A DNA stretch of 64,000 nt from Nitrosarchaeum sp. (GTDB lineage Archaea > Thermoproteota > Nitrososphaeria > Nitrososphaerales > Nitrosopumilaceae), in contig OZ245020.1 in the NCBI GenBank assembly GCA_965223865.1, forward strand, positions 1,760,001 through 1,824,000, in the 5' to 3' direction. The translations under genes and the position numbers were made by a program. Shown piece by piece: positions 29,945 through 39,718 of this stretch. The notes beneath the pieces were generated by a model. That model was not told the origin of the DNA. It did not search any database and saw only the letters and a program-made list of their open reading frames with translations. The number at the start of each line of letters is the position of its first letter. The stretch's first letter is position 1.

Positions 29945-30652
29945 TCAATACAATTTTTTCTTGTGAATTTTATTGCTTTTTTGTTCTAATTCGTCTAGTT
30001 TTTTTAGAAAAACTGGATCCAATTTAATCTTCGAGATAGATTCTGCAGATAATTTTATTGTATTTGCATCAAGAGAAATATTGAATTTAGGTAGATCCTT
30101 GTCTATCCAAAATTTTATTGCTTTATCTTCTAATTTATAATCTCGAAATCCGGCTGGGAATCGTTTGGTTATATGATTAAGTAATGTTCTATCCCTAAAC
30201 ACCGCTTTTGGTTCAAAAAGTCTTGTCTCATCAGCATAAATATTTTCAAAAAGATTACCAGATATTTCATCAGAAAGTAATTCCATTTTCGATATTTTCC
30301 TAATTAATTCTAAAAAATGTAAAAATTCATGCGCTAATATAGCGTGAATTGTGCCTTTTAATCCATAAGCAACAAGAGGAGCAGAAATTTGAATCACTAC
30401 TTGAAATTGATCCTCAAATGTTACAGGAATGGTTCTCGCAAATAAAATCCCAAATGAATAAGGATTGGAGCTAGGAGAAGAAACAATAATCGAGGGTTCA
30501 ACATATGCAATTGGAAAACGAATTCCAGATGCTTTCTCTATTCTATTGATTCCTTCAACCGTTATGGGAAAACGTTTTAACACAAGATCATAAATTTTGT
30601 TAGGAATCAATCCCTTATTGTGAGCATCTTTAATTCGGATTAATGGATCCAA
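29945..30652 (-). CDS. Hypothetical protein with HExxH motif
   Basis: ILAHEFLH; TTG start. Confidence 0.7.
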   Translation of the reverse strand: MDPLIRIKDAHNKGLIPNKIYDLVLKRFPITVEGINRIEKASGIRFPIAYVEPSIIVSSPSSNPYSFGILFARTIPVTFEDQFQVVIQISAPLVAYGLKGTIHAILAHEFLHFLELIRKISKMELLSDEISGNLFENIYADETRLFEPKAVFRDRTLLNHITKRFPAGFRDYKLEDKAIKFWIDKDLPKFNISLDANTIKLSAESISKIKLDPVFLKKLDELEQKSNKIHKKKLY

Positions 30653-30691
30653 TGTACCACTTCCAATATATTGAATGTAAAAAGGTTAAAT

Positions 30692-30793
30692 CTATCTGGA
30701 TTTGGGTTTTCCTGATTTTGATTGTTTTTTTCTTCGTCTTTCAGCACGTTGATCTGCATGTCGTTGATGCTTACCTTTTTTTCTAATTGGCAT
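30692..30793 (-). CDS. Small, very basic protein (33 aa), not in ORF track
   Basis: MPIRKKGKHQRHADQRAERRRKKQSKSGKPKSR*; fills the gap in a minus-strand gene string. Confidence 0.6.
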   Translation of the reverse strand: MPIRKKGKHQRHADQRAERRRKKQSKSGKPKSR

Positions 30794-30829
30794 GATCAAT
30801 CTAGAAAATCAGCTGTTAGTTATTTGTTG

Positions 30830-31981
30830 TCATTCCAATTCAACTTTATGAAAATCAAATTTTGTGCAATAACATGGATTGTGAAGAGTTTGACTTATTC
30901 CAGGATTAACATTATCAGATTCTACAAAGCGTTTTATAGGAAGTCCACCTTCAGCCTTAATTAATAAAGTAAGATTCTTTTTTGAGGTCTTCTTGTATTT
31001 TAAAGTAAAAATTTTCTTTTCAGATCTTTTTCCAGATTTTTCATAAACTACCACAGGATATTTGACAATATTTTTTAATTTTTTTAGATTCTTAGAGTCA
31101 ATTTCATCCTGAAAATTAATTTGAAGTTCAATGAGAGAAGTAAATTTTGGGTTTTTTTTTGGGATTTCAGAAATTATTTTTAAATTGTTAATATGAATTG
31201 AATCGAGGTTTATTTTTTTTGGAAGAATAATTCTTCTTTTGAGAGGGTTTTGGATTTTAACAAAAAAAGGTCTTCCAGAACCTAACACCAGGCTTGATTT
31301 GTCATCTCCTCCAATCCATGTGAATTTTGCAATAGTTCCACCAAATTTTGAAAATAGATACTGAGAGATTTTTCCTTCTACACTATCAAATTCAAAAATT
31401 CCATGAAAAGAACAAATTCTACAACCTTTTCCAGAACAATTTGAACAAGATTTCTGTTTTTGAGAAAGGCCTCTTTTTGTTTTATTATATCTTCCTTGTA
31501 GCAAAATGGATTTTGAACGAATATGACAGGACTCATCTTTGAAATTGATTGTAAAGGTAATCTCAGGATCTAGAAAATCAATTCTTTTCTTGGTCTTTCT
31601 TGAAAACTTTTTTGTTAATTCCTTTGCGATACCCGTTTTAACACCATCAATTCCACGAAGTTTGTATTTTGAACGAATGTAATCATCTCTATCAATAACA
31701 GATGGCTTTATCATTACACCAACAATCATAGTAGAGTACTCATATTTCAGATGAGATTCCAACATTAATTTTAGATAAGGTTTGAGATTAGAAAGCAAGT
31801 TTTTACAAATATAACATTTTGTTAATGAAGAATTGAATTTTTTTCGGATTTTTTTACCTAATAAATCATTTGAAGATAAATGGAGTTGTTTCGAAAATAA
31901 TCTGCCTAAACAGTGATCACATAAATCATATTTTTTAATAATTTGATCAGCAATAGGAAGAATTTCTTTAAGAGTAGTCAT
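30830..31981 (-). CDS. pus10: tRNA pseudouridine synthase Pus10 (degenerate form)
   Basis: LCDHCLGR, CYIC, GRY.K..RG.SQ, LGSGRPF and GGL.IK. The catalytic GREDxD region reads GGDDKS. Confidence 0.85.
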   Translation of the reverse strand: MTTLKEILPIADQIIKKYDLCDHCLGRLFSKQLHLSSNDLLGKKIRKKFNSSLTKCYICKNLLSNLKPYLKLMLESHLKYEYSTMIVGVMIKPSVIDRDDYIRSKYKLRGIDGVKTGIAKELTKKFSRKTKKRIDFLDPEITFTINFKDESCHIRSKSILLQGRYNKTKRGLSQKQKSCSNCSGKGCRICSFHGIFEFDSVEGKISQYLFSKFGGTIAKFTWIGGDDKSSLVLGSGRPFFVKIQNPLKRRIILPKKINLDSIHINNLKIISEIPKKNPKFTSLIELQINFQDEIDSKNLKKLKNIVKYPVVVYEKSGKRSEKKIFTLKYKKTSKKNLTLLIKAEGGLPIKRFVESDNVNPGISQTLHNPCYCTKFDFHKVELE

Positions 31982-32013
31982 AATTTAATTTCTGTTTTGA
32001 TTAATGGAAAAAT

Positions 32014-33339
32014 CTAGCCAAAACCCATACGTCTTAAAGTACCTTGCATTTGTCTTCCTTTTGATGCCTTCATCATATTTTTTGAATTTTTATAATTTTT
32101 GAGTAGCTCTTTTACTTCATGTTCTGGCCATCCAGATCCCCGAGCTATTCGTTTAATTCTAGAAGAGTTTAATAAATCAGGATCTGCTTTTTCATCTTTT
32201 GTCATGCTTTGAATAATAAACCTCCATTTGGAAACTCTATCTTCCATTTGATCAAGTTGATCATCTTTTACCATTCCAGAAAGTCCAGGCATATTATCAA
32301 GTAAGCCTCGAAGTGATCCAACTTTAGTTACTTCTTCTAATTGATAAAAAAAGTCATCCATATTCATTTTACCACTGGAAATTCGTTTTAATCTAACTTC
32401 ATCACCTTCGTTTTCCAATCTTTTTGCAAGATCTAAAACAGCTTGAATATCTCCCATCCCAAGCAATCTTCCGACAAATCTTGTGGGAGAAAACTTTTCT
32501 AAATCATCAATTCTTTCACCTGTTCCAATGTACATGATTTGAGCTCCAGTAGCTGCAGAAGCTGCAATGGCGCCACCTCCTTTTGCAGAGCTATCTAGCT
32601 TTGTAATTATAATTCCTCCAACTGGAACTGTCTTATGGAATGCTTCTGCTTGATTGAAACATTGTTGTCCTATGGTTCCGTCAATTACCAATAAAGCAAG
32701 ATCAGGATTTGCAACCTTGTTAATTTGTCCCATTTCTGCTAGAAGATCTTGTTCTTCTTTATGCCGTCCTGCAGTATCAATAAGAATTACATCAAAAGGC
32801 ATTCCTTCAAAATGTTTTAGTCCATTTTTCACAATACTGGGAGAATCTTTGTTATTCTCTTCACCGTATACTTCAATGTTTGATTTTTCACACATTGTTC
32901 GTAGTTGTACTAGGGCTCCAGGGCGGTATGTATCAGCACCAATAACTCCTACTTTGTACCCTTGTTTCATCAAAAATTTTGCTAGTTTTGCAGTAACAGT
33001 GGTTTTGCCACTACCTTGAATACCCAACATGATTATCCTATTTTGTTTTCCGGGTTTAAAATCAAAATCAGTCTCTTTTCCAAGTAATTTTGCTAATTCA
33101 TCATAGAGTATCTTTACAATGTGATCCTTTCGGGATAAACCTGGTGGAGGAGTTTCATTCAGTGATCTTTCTTCTAATTGCTTTGTTATTTCAAGAACTA
33201 ATCTAACATTTACATCAGATTGGAGTAATGCTCTTTGAACGTCTTTAGATAGTTCTTTAATTAATTCCTCATCGATGCCTGAGGATTTTACAATCTTCTT
33301 TATGGCACCACGTAAATTGTTTTTGAGGTTATCAAGCAT
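32014..33339 (-). CDS. srp54: Signal recognition particle protein SRP54
   Basis: GIQGSGKTT, DTAGRH, TKLD and M-domain SRIKRIARGSG. Confidence 0.97.
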   Translation of the reverse strand: MLDNLKNNLRGAIKKIVKSSGIDEELIKELSKDVQRALLQSDVNVRLVLEITKQLEERSLNETPPPGLSRKDHIVKILYDELAKLLGKETDFDFKPGKQNRIIMLGIQGSGKTTVTAKLAKFLMKQGYKVGVIGADTYRPGALVQLRTMCEKSNIEVYGEENNKDSPSIVKNGLKHFEGMPFDVILIDTAGRHKEEQDLLAEMGQINKVANPDLALLVIDGTIGQQCFNQAEAFHKTVPVGGIIITKLDSSAKGGGAIAASAATGAQIMYIGTGERIDDLEKFSPTRFVGRLLGMGDIQAVLDLAKRLENEGDEVRLKRISSGKMNMDDFFYQLEEVTKVGSLRGLLDNMPGLSGMVKDDQLDQMEDRVSKWRFIIQSMTKDEKADPDLLNSSRIKRIARGSGWPEHEVKELLKNYKNSKNMMKASKGRQMQGTLRRMGFG

Positions 33340-34021
33340 TATAATTTAACCTCGCTTCCATTATTTCAAACCTTCCTCTATATCCATCCCATTCTTTTTT
33401 ACTTTTCACAATTTTTATAGGATTGGAAAACAATGGGCAATCTAAAACAAATGTTTCTGCTTCACCACCTTCAAAATTCAAATTAAACCCAAATTTTTCA
33501 GACAAAGAGATCAGAGTATTAATATCATTTTTAGTAATTACTTTCCCTAACCATGAGTCATCAAGGCCATCCGAAGAAACACTTGTGATAATGAAAACAA
33601 ATTTTGAAGAAATTAAATCATTCATGTATTGTTGAGGATTACTTTTCCACAGAGGTGCAATCGATTTTAGATTTAATTTATTACAAATATTTTCAAATTT
33701 TTGTTTTTGGTATTGGCTGTTTATTCCACCATGAAGTAATCCTTCAATTCCAAATTCATCCTTTGCCTTTTTTAAGATTTTTCCCAATACAGATTCCTCT
33801 AGTTCTGGATCATTGGATTCAGAACTCCACATTAATTGCGGAATTTCCATAGATTCTGATTGTAAATAAGTCCAGTGTAAATTTGGGTAATGAAGTAAAT
33901 GACTTTCTTCAGATTTTGGAAAAATACTTAGAAGACATTTTATCTCATGTCCCTTCTTTTTTGCTAAATAAATTGAATAAGTGCTATCTTTTCCACCAGA
34001 AAAAAGGACACCTAATTTCAT
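33332..34021 (-). CDS. dph6: Diphthine--ammonia ligase
   Basis: LFSGGKDS, PLW and EGGEAET; start at MKLGV. Confidence 0.88.
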   Translation of the reverse strand: MKLGVLFSGGKDSTYSIYLAKKKGHEIKCLLSIFPKSEESHLLHYPNLHWTYLQSESMEIPQLMWSSESNDPELEESVLGKILKKAKDEFGIEGLLHGGINSQYQKQKFENICNKLNLKSIAPLWKSNPQQYMNDLISSKFVFIITSVSSDGLDDSWLGKVITKNDINTLISLSEKFGFNLNFEGGEAETFVLDCPLFSNPIKIVKSKKEWDGYRGRFEIMEARLNYNA

Positions 34022-34081
34022 AATCTTAGACAAATTTAGCCAAAACAAATCTGTTGGGATTTGTTAGGAGTAATAATAACA

Positions 34082-34146
34082 GGATGCTTCATTACTCATA
34101 ATCCTCATCAACACTCAGACGGCTTTTCCGCTCATCATCAGCATCC
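34082..34146 (-). ncRNA. Box C/D guide sRNA, predicted guide for Cm34 of a CAU-anticodon tRNA
   Basis: GGATGCT-G-ATGATGA(C)-GCGGAAAAGCCGT-CTGA(D')-GTGT-TGATGA(C')-GGATTATGAGTA-ATGA(D variant)-AGCATCC; 7-bp terminal stem. Confidence 0.8.
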
Positions 34147-34149
34147 ATA

Positions 34150-34560
34150 TTAACTTTTGATACGCATTATTTTAGTTCTGTCCATTACTTTCCAATATTC
34201 GACATTTTGACCATTTTCTAATTTACCTTTTATTTCGTCATCCACCATTGTAACATCAATTGTTTCAAAGGTTTCTGAATCCATAATTTGGATTGTTTCT
34301 CCAATAATAGAGATAATTTGACCAGTTCTTTTATCGATTAAAGGTACATGAATCTGCATACTAACAGGTCCAACATGTGGTCTTTTTTGGTCATCAAAAA
34401 CTCCCACGCCAACAATTCTTGCTTTGGCGGCTCCATGTTTTCCTGGTTTCGAGGTGTCATATTCAACTATTCTACATGGTTCTCCAGTCACTTGATCACC
34501 CACTGGGAGTAGGATATAAGATCCAATTTTTAATGAACCAAGGTCTGCAGGTTTACTCAT
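34150..34560 (-). CDS. eif5a: Translation factor aIF5A
   Basis: SKPGKHGAAK hypusine motif. Confidence 0.97.
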   Translation of the reverse strand: MSKPADLGSLKIGSYILLPVGDQVTGEPCRIVEYDTSKPGKHGAAKARIVGVGVFDDQKRPHVGPVSMQIHVPLIDKRTGQIISIIGETIQIMDSETFETIDVTMVDDEIKGKLENGQNVEYWKVMDRTKIMRIKS

Positions 34561-34987
34561 GAAAAAACAGTTTTCTGTCGAATATTTAACTTGTACGCAT
34601 ATAAAATGTCAAGAAAACAATTGTAAAATTTTCCTGTATTTTATTTTCTAAAATTATTAACTACCATAAATGATAAATCAGATTTTTGTTAATACATTTC
34701 TGATCTTTAGATAGAATTAGAATTTTAACATGAGAACCTTTAGAAGGATAAAATGTAATTTTTGATATGAACTTTCTAGAATAATTTCCTCTAAAAGGAA
34801 AACTTGATTTGCTTCATTTACCAATTGTTTCATTTTTTCATATTTCAATTTGAAACACTTATGCTCTCAGAGTAGTTTTTTGATAATTTATTCAAATTGT
34901 TTTTAATTAAAAATATACTTTGTTATTTTTATGAAACAGTCTGGGAAAATTATAACTTAGCCTTTTTAAAATACAAAATTTTTGGAA

Positions 34988-35599
34988 TTACTTGATATTA
35001 TCTAAAATAGAAAGACTCATCAAATTAGTCATTATCAAACCTTTTCTATTAACATCTCGCCTTGTTTTTTCACAATATTTCTTTACACTTTGATGACTCT
35101 TTTCACTTGCTACTTCAATAATTACAATATTATCAGCATAAGGAAAAGTAAATTTGGATGGGATTTTACAAAAAGTGTCCATATAACCTAGTCCGGCAAC
35201 ATAGATTTTATCTCGCTTTAAGAGAAGATTTGCAATTTCTTGCAGGTCCTCATCAGATTCTGCATATTCTAAATAATAAATTGAAATAAAATTTGTGTCT
35301 CCTTGGAACTCTCTCTCAAATAGATCATCTTTTACATTGAAGACAAATGATGTCTTTTCTTGATTGTATTTTTTTAGATCTTGTGTAATATTATATCCAT
35401 CCTTGAATTTTGCCAAGAGGTAATGATTTGTAGAGTCCGAAAAGTAAGGTTTGCTTTCGCCAGAAAAAGTACCGGTTACAAAATATAATTTTTCAATATT
35501 TTCGGATTGCAACCATTTATCTTTTAATTCAACAGATTCGTGGTTATGAAGATAAGAAGCACACACATAACCTGAAAAAGCTAGTTCGAGTTTATACAC
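34988..35599 (-). CDS. Hypothetical protein
   Basis: 203-aa ORF; start uncertain. Confidence 0.65.
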   Translation of the reverse strand: MYKLELAFSGYVCASYLHNHESVELKDKWLQSENIEKLYFVTGTFSGESKPYFSDSTNHYLLAKFKDGYNITQDLKKYNQEKTSFVFNVKDDLFEREFQGDTNFISIYYLEYAESDEDLQEIANLLLKRDKIYVAGLGYMDTFCKIPSKFTFPYADNIVIIEVASEKSHQSVKKYCEKTRRDVNRKGLIMTNLMSLSILDNIK

Positions 35600-35710
35600 A
35601 GTGCCAATTCTTGAAAAATACTATTTATGCCTATTTGAACTAGGTCTGATCTGCTTGAAAATTTGATATCTTCGATAGTTTTTTAATACTAGAATGTTTC
35701 GAAATTTTGT

Positions 35711-35836
35711 CCCAAGCTAGCTCAGCCTGGTAGAGCTTCCGGCTGTAGTTGTCGGCTTTGATGGCTGACCGAATAACAGCATATCAGGCATACAGAAACC
35801 GGGTTGTCGAAGGTTCAATTCCTTCGCTTGGGACCA
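35711..35836 (+). tRNA. tRNA-Tyr(GTA) with 49-nt intron (35749-35797) at 37/38, encoded CCA
   Basis: CCCAAGC/GCTTGGG acceptor stem and TCCGG-CT-GTA-G[intron]A-CCGGG. Intron TACAG pairs with CTGTA (BHB helix). Confidence 0.95.
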
Positions 35837-35929
35837 CAAGCCTTTGAATTTATTTAAACATTAGAAATAAAAAATGAATTAATTTAAGAAAACAAAAATT
35901 ACTCTTAAATTATAAAAAATATCTTTTGC

Positions 35930-36121
35930 CTATGCTGATTTTTTGACTTTTTGAGCAGCTGGTCCTTTCTTACCTTCGCCTACTTCGAACTCAACTTTAT
36001 CGCCTTCATTGATGAATCCATCAACATCTGATTTGTGAACGAATAGATCGTCACCAGATTCTCTTTCGATAAAACCAAAGCCTTTTGTACGGTTGAACCA
36101 TTTTACTGTGCCTTGTTCCAT
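35930..36121 (-). CDS. csp: Cold-shock protein
   Basis: [16 protein letters not shown] and DLFVH (RNP1/RNP2); start at 36121. Confidence 0.95.
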   Translation of the reverse strand: MEQGTVKWFNRTKGFGFIERESGDDLFVHKSDVDGFINEGDKVEFEVGEGKKGPAAQKVKKSA

Positions 36122-36206
36122 TTGACTTGGGGTAATATCAACCCGTATATTAAGTAGGCACTTAAAACGAGAGGACAGGAAAATTACCTTCAAAAAAAGA
36201 TTGAAT

Positions 36207-36518
36207 TTAGAAATCTTTTGGAATATGATTATTTGTTTTAAGCCACTCTACTTGAGGTAAAGTAAATCTCCAAACAATATCTCCTTTTTCTGATTCATTA
36301 AAGTCCCAAGGTGCAATTATCACGATATCATTATCACGTATCCAAACACGTCTCTTTAATTTTCCACGAATTCTACCACGTCTAGTAATACCATCAGTGC
36401 ATTTTATCAGGACATTTTCTCCACCTAGCATTTTAAGAACTCTACCAAATAATTCTCCCTCTTCTGGTAATCGAATTTCTTTTAAGTCGCTTTCATTTTT
36501 TACTTGACGTTTGCCCAT
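36207..36518 (-). CDS. eif1a: Translation initiation factor aIF1A
   Basis: MLGG...[22 protein letters not shown]. Confidence 0.95.
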   Translation of the reverse strand: MGKRQVKNESDLKEIRLPEEGELFGRVLKMLGGENVLIKCTDGITRRGRIRGKLKRRVWIRDNDIVIIAPWDFNESEKGDIVWRFTLPQVEWLKTNNHIPKDF

Positions 36519-36523
36519 ACTAA

Positions 36524-37186
36524 TTGTTCACATCATCATCATATAACTGTGGGGATTTTGAAAAAGATTTCATTAATTTTGCAAAATTACAAAGAGATTT
36601 TATTTATACCCAATTAGATTTCAATGTGGAATTCAAATGTATTCAAGATTGCTCCCAATGTTGTATTGAGAGAGAGTATTACCCTAATAAAAAATTTGGA
36701 AAAATAGGAGTATTGATACTGCCAGAAGAAAAACAAAAAATAGAGAATTTGGCAAAAAAATATAGAATAAAGATTACTATCTTACCAAGAATAGGAGTAT
36801 CCTTTAAGGAAAATGAAAAGCCAAAAGTATTAGCATATCAAATGATGGGAATAGAAAAAAATGGAAATACATGCCCGTTTCTTGACACTAAAACAGAAAA
36901 CAGATCACCACATGGTGGTTATCCATGCAAAATTTACACAGATAGACCATTAGCATGTATGACATACCCATTGACTCAGATTAATCCAATTGAGCTTGAT
37001 CAAAAATGCAAATTTTGTAAGGAGCATGGTACTGCAGACAAGAATTTAAATTCAGAAATAGAATCCCTGTTAAAAATTAAAAACAAAATGAATACCAATG
37101 CACCTTTCATATGGAGGTATGCAACGGGAATTGGAGAAGAATCAGATCAAGATCAAATCAAGTCAGGTTGGATTCCTGATGATTGA
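36524..37186 (+). CDS. YkgJ-family Cys-cluster protein
   Basis: C..DCSQCC, CPFLD and CKIY.DRP..C..YP; true start probably near 36625. Confidence 0.8.
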   Translation: MFTSSSYNCGDFEKDFINFAKLQRDFIYTQLDFNVEFKCIQDCSQCCIEREYYPNKKFGKIGVLILPEEKQKIENLAKKYRIKITILPRIGVSFKENEKPKVLAYQMMGIEKNGNTCPFLDTKTENRSPHGGYPCKIYTDRPLACMTYPLTQINPIELDQKCKFCKEHGTADKNLNSEIESLLKIKNKMNTNAPFIWRYATGIGEESDQDQIKSGWIPDD

Positions 37187-37196
37187 TAAAAATCAA

Positions 37197-38249
37197 CTAT
37201 GGATTGATTACAGCACGACCAAGAATCTTTCTTGCCTTCAAGTCCTCCAAAGCTGTATTAGCCTCGTCAAGAGAATATCTTTTGGATATCATCGGATTAA
37301 TAACTCCCTTCCTTGCAAGATCCAGTAATTCAACCATATCATTGTAATTTCCAGTGTAAGCACCTTGAATTATGATAGATTTTAGAGGAATAGTAACTAA
37401 TGACATTTCGATAGAGCCCCCAAACAATCCAACTAAAACTAGATTACCTCTTTTTCTTAGAACTGCCAATCCTAATTTTGCTGTTGGTGGTGCATTAACA
37501 AAATCAACAACACTATCTGCACCTTTGTTGTTACAGATAGAAATTATCTTTTGAGAAGTTTCAGGATCTTTTGAATTGAGAATAAAGTCTGCACCCATTT
37601 CTTTGGCAGTCTCTAATTTTTGATCATCAAGATCTACACAAATGATTTTGGCTTTTGTTATTGCTTTTGCAATCTGAACTCCCATCAAACCTAAACCTCC
37701 AGCTCCAATAACTACAAGAAATTCCGGAGAATTTTGATTAGATTTTTTGATAGCGGTATATGCAGTTAGACCAGAACATGCCAAAGAAGTAGCAGATTCA
37801 GGATCAATACCATCTAATTTTGCCAAGTATTTGTAATGAGGAATAAGAGAGTAATCAGAATAACCACCATCTTGAAAAACTCCAAGAGATTTTGGTGCAT
37901 CACACAAATTTTCATTTCCAACCTTACAAGCAGGACATTCACCACAACCAATCCAAGGATAAACTAAAACCTCATCATCTTTTGAAAAACCAGTAACACC
38001 ACTACCTACATCAACAACAGTTCCAACAATTTCATGTCCTGGAGTAACAGGATATTTTACACCCCTATCAGTGACTTTCATAAATTGGCCATCTCCCAAA
38101 TCATAACCCCCTTCCCACAGATGAAGATCACTATGGCATACGCCTACTGCCTTTACCTTTACTAGAACCTGATTATCTTGAGGTTGAGGGTTTTCAGATT
38201 CTGAAATTTTCAATGGTTCATTTGGACCTGTAATTCTAGCAGATTTCAT
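37197..38249 (-). CDS. Zinc-dependent alcohol dehydrogenase
   Basis: GVCHSD, GHE, CGECPAC...C and GAGGLG. Confidence 0.95.
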   Translation of the reverse strand: MKSARITGPNEPLKISESENPQPQDNQVLVKVKAVGVCHSDLHLWEGGYDLGDGQFMKVTDRGVKYPVTPGHEIVGTVVDVGSGVTGFSKDDEVLVYPWIGCGECPACKVGNENLCDAPKSLGVFQDGGYSDYSLIPHYKYLAKLDGIDPESATSLACSGLTAYTAIKKSNQNSPEFLVVIGAGGLGLMGVQIAKAITKAKIICVDLDDQKLETAKEMGADFILNSKDPETSQKIISICNNKGADSVVDFVNAPPTAKLGLAVLRKRGNLVLVGLFGGSIEMSLVTIPLKSIIIQGAYTGNYNDMVELLDLARKGVINPMISKRYSLDEANTALEDLKARKILGRAVINP

Positions 38250-38345
38250 AAATTAGTAATTCAACCTTAACAATATAAGAGTTGACTGGATGTGAGAAAA
38301 AAATAGAGCCCTTAGATATTATTGAATAAAAATTGAAATCAGGAT

Positions 38346-39020
38346 GTGAGTGAAGAACAAAATCTAAGTATATCTTCCGCGCCGGTAAACGTTTTATTTA
38401 ATCCGCTTTCAGATACAAAAAAAGAGGTTTGGGAAATTGATCTTATTCAAATTTTGAATTTACTAATTAAGATTCTTGAAAAGAGTGGAAAAAAGGATCT
38501 AAGAGTTGCTGGAATGGCAGCTTTATCATCTTCTTTAATATACAGAATGAAGGTTGAAAGTATTTTTGCATTACAAAGGGCTGCAATAGAAAAAAAACCA
38601 TTAAAACAACGAACAGATGTAGACATAGAATTAGTCGATATTCCTTATAGACATGAATCTACATATCCAGTGTCATTAGATGATTTGTTAGGATTATTAC
38701 AGAATCTAATTGGAACAATGGCAAATCCACAATCTAGAAGAAATAAACAAGTTGAAATTGAACCAATTGAACCACCAGATTTTCAAGAATATTTCATTTC
38801 ACTTGAAAGTATAATTGGAAAATATGAAGATTTGATTATTAGAAAGATTACTCCAGAAGGAGGAGGATTGCTTCAAAACATCATAATAGATCTTGACGAA
38901 GTTGATTCCATAAGATGTTTTTTCGCAATTTTATTTTTGGCAAGAGACCAGAAGATAGAATTAGAACAAGTTGAAGACGACATTAAAATTACTTTGATAA
39001 ATGAGAAGTTTACAAACTGA
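38346..39020 (+). CDS. scpA: Segregation and condensation protein A (kleisin)
   Basis: VWEIDL N-terminus, FFAILFLA...IEL.Q C-terminal winged helix; precedes scpB. Confidence 0.85.
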   Translation: MSEEQNLSISSAPVNVLFNPLSDTKKEVWEIDLIQILNLLIKILEKSGKKDLRVAGMAALSSSLIYRMKVESIFALQRAAIEKKPLKQRTDVDIELVDIPYRHESTYPVSLDDLLGLLQNLIGTMANPQSRRNKQVEIEPIEPPDFQEYFISLESIIGKYEDLIIRKITPEGGGLLQNIIIDLDEVDSIRCFFAILFLARDQKIELEQVEDDIKITLINEKFTN

Positions 39021-39054
39021 TCAAAAATGGAGAAAGAATTTCTTTAAGTAATTT

Positions 39055-39651
39055 TTGAGGAGAAAAAGAGAATTGGCGAAAATAGACGATATGAATAAAG
39101 CAACAGCAAGAATAGAAGCTGCTCTTTATTCGGCGGGACGACCATTAAGAATAGAAGAATTAATTCGAGCTTCAGGCACAGAATCACGTACTAAAACACA
39201 AGAATGCCTCAACAACATTATGAAAAGGGCAAGAACCGCATTTAGAGCAATAGAAATAGCCATACTTCCAGATGGGTCTTATGTCTTTCAATTAAAACCA
39301 GAGTATAGTTCAACAGTAAAAAAATATGCATCAAAACCAATTTTACCAAATGCAACTTTAAAGACGTTATCCTACATTGCATACATGCAACCAATATCAT
39401 CAAAACAACTTGTAGAAACAAGAGGTTCAGGGGTTTACGCGCATCTTAAAGAATTAAAGCAATTAGATTTTATCAGTAATCAAAATGTAGGAAGATTGAA
39501 GATTTACAGCACTACTGAAAAATTCCAAAAATATTTTGGAATTCAAGGAGACGTAGAAAATCTCAAACAAAGATTATTTTCAAAAATAAGAAAGACTGCA
39601 GCTAGATCACTTAAGAATACTACAAACTCTATCATAACAGAAATCAAATAG
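39055..39651 (+). CDS. scpB: Segregation and condensation protein B
   Basis: IEAALY, TLSYIAYMQPI and Y.TT.KF..YFG. Confidence 0.92.
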   Translation: MRRKRELAKIDDMNKATARIEAALYSAGRPLRIEELIRASGTESRTKTQECLNNIMKRARTAFRAIEIAILPDGSYVFQLKPEYSSTVKKYASKPILPNATLKTLSYIAYMQPISSKQLVETRGSGVYAHLKELKQLDFISNQNVGRLKIYSTTEKFQKYFGIQGDVENLKQRLFSKIRKTAARSLKNTTNSIITEIK

Positions 39652-39718
39652 ACATAATTTTTAGCATAAGCCTATTTCTTTGCGTTTTGTATAAATTAGA
39701 GTAAACAAGAAGAAATAT

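Noticed and set aside
34561-34987. AT-rich gap with short ORF fragments
   Set aside because: No recognisable product, structure or repeat.
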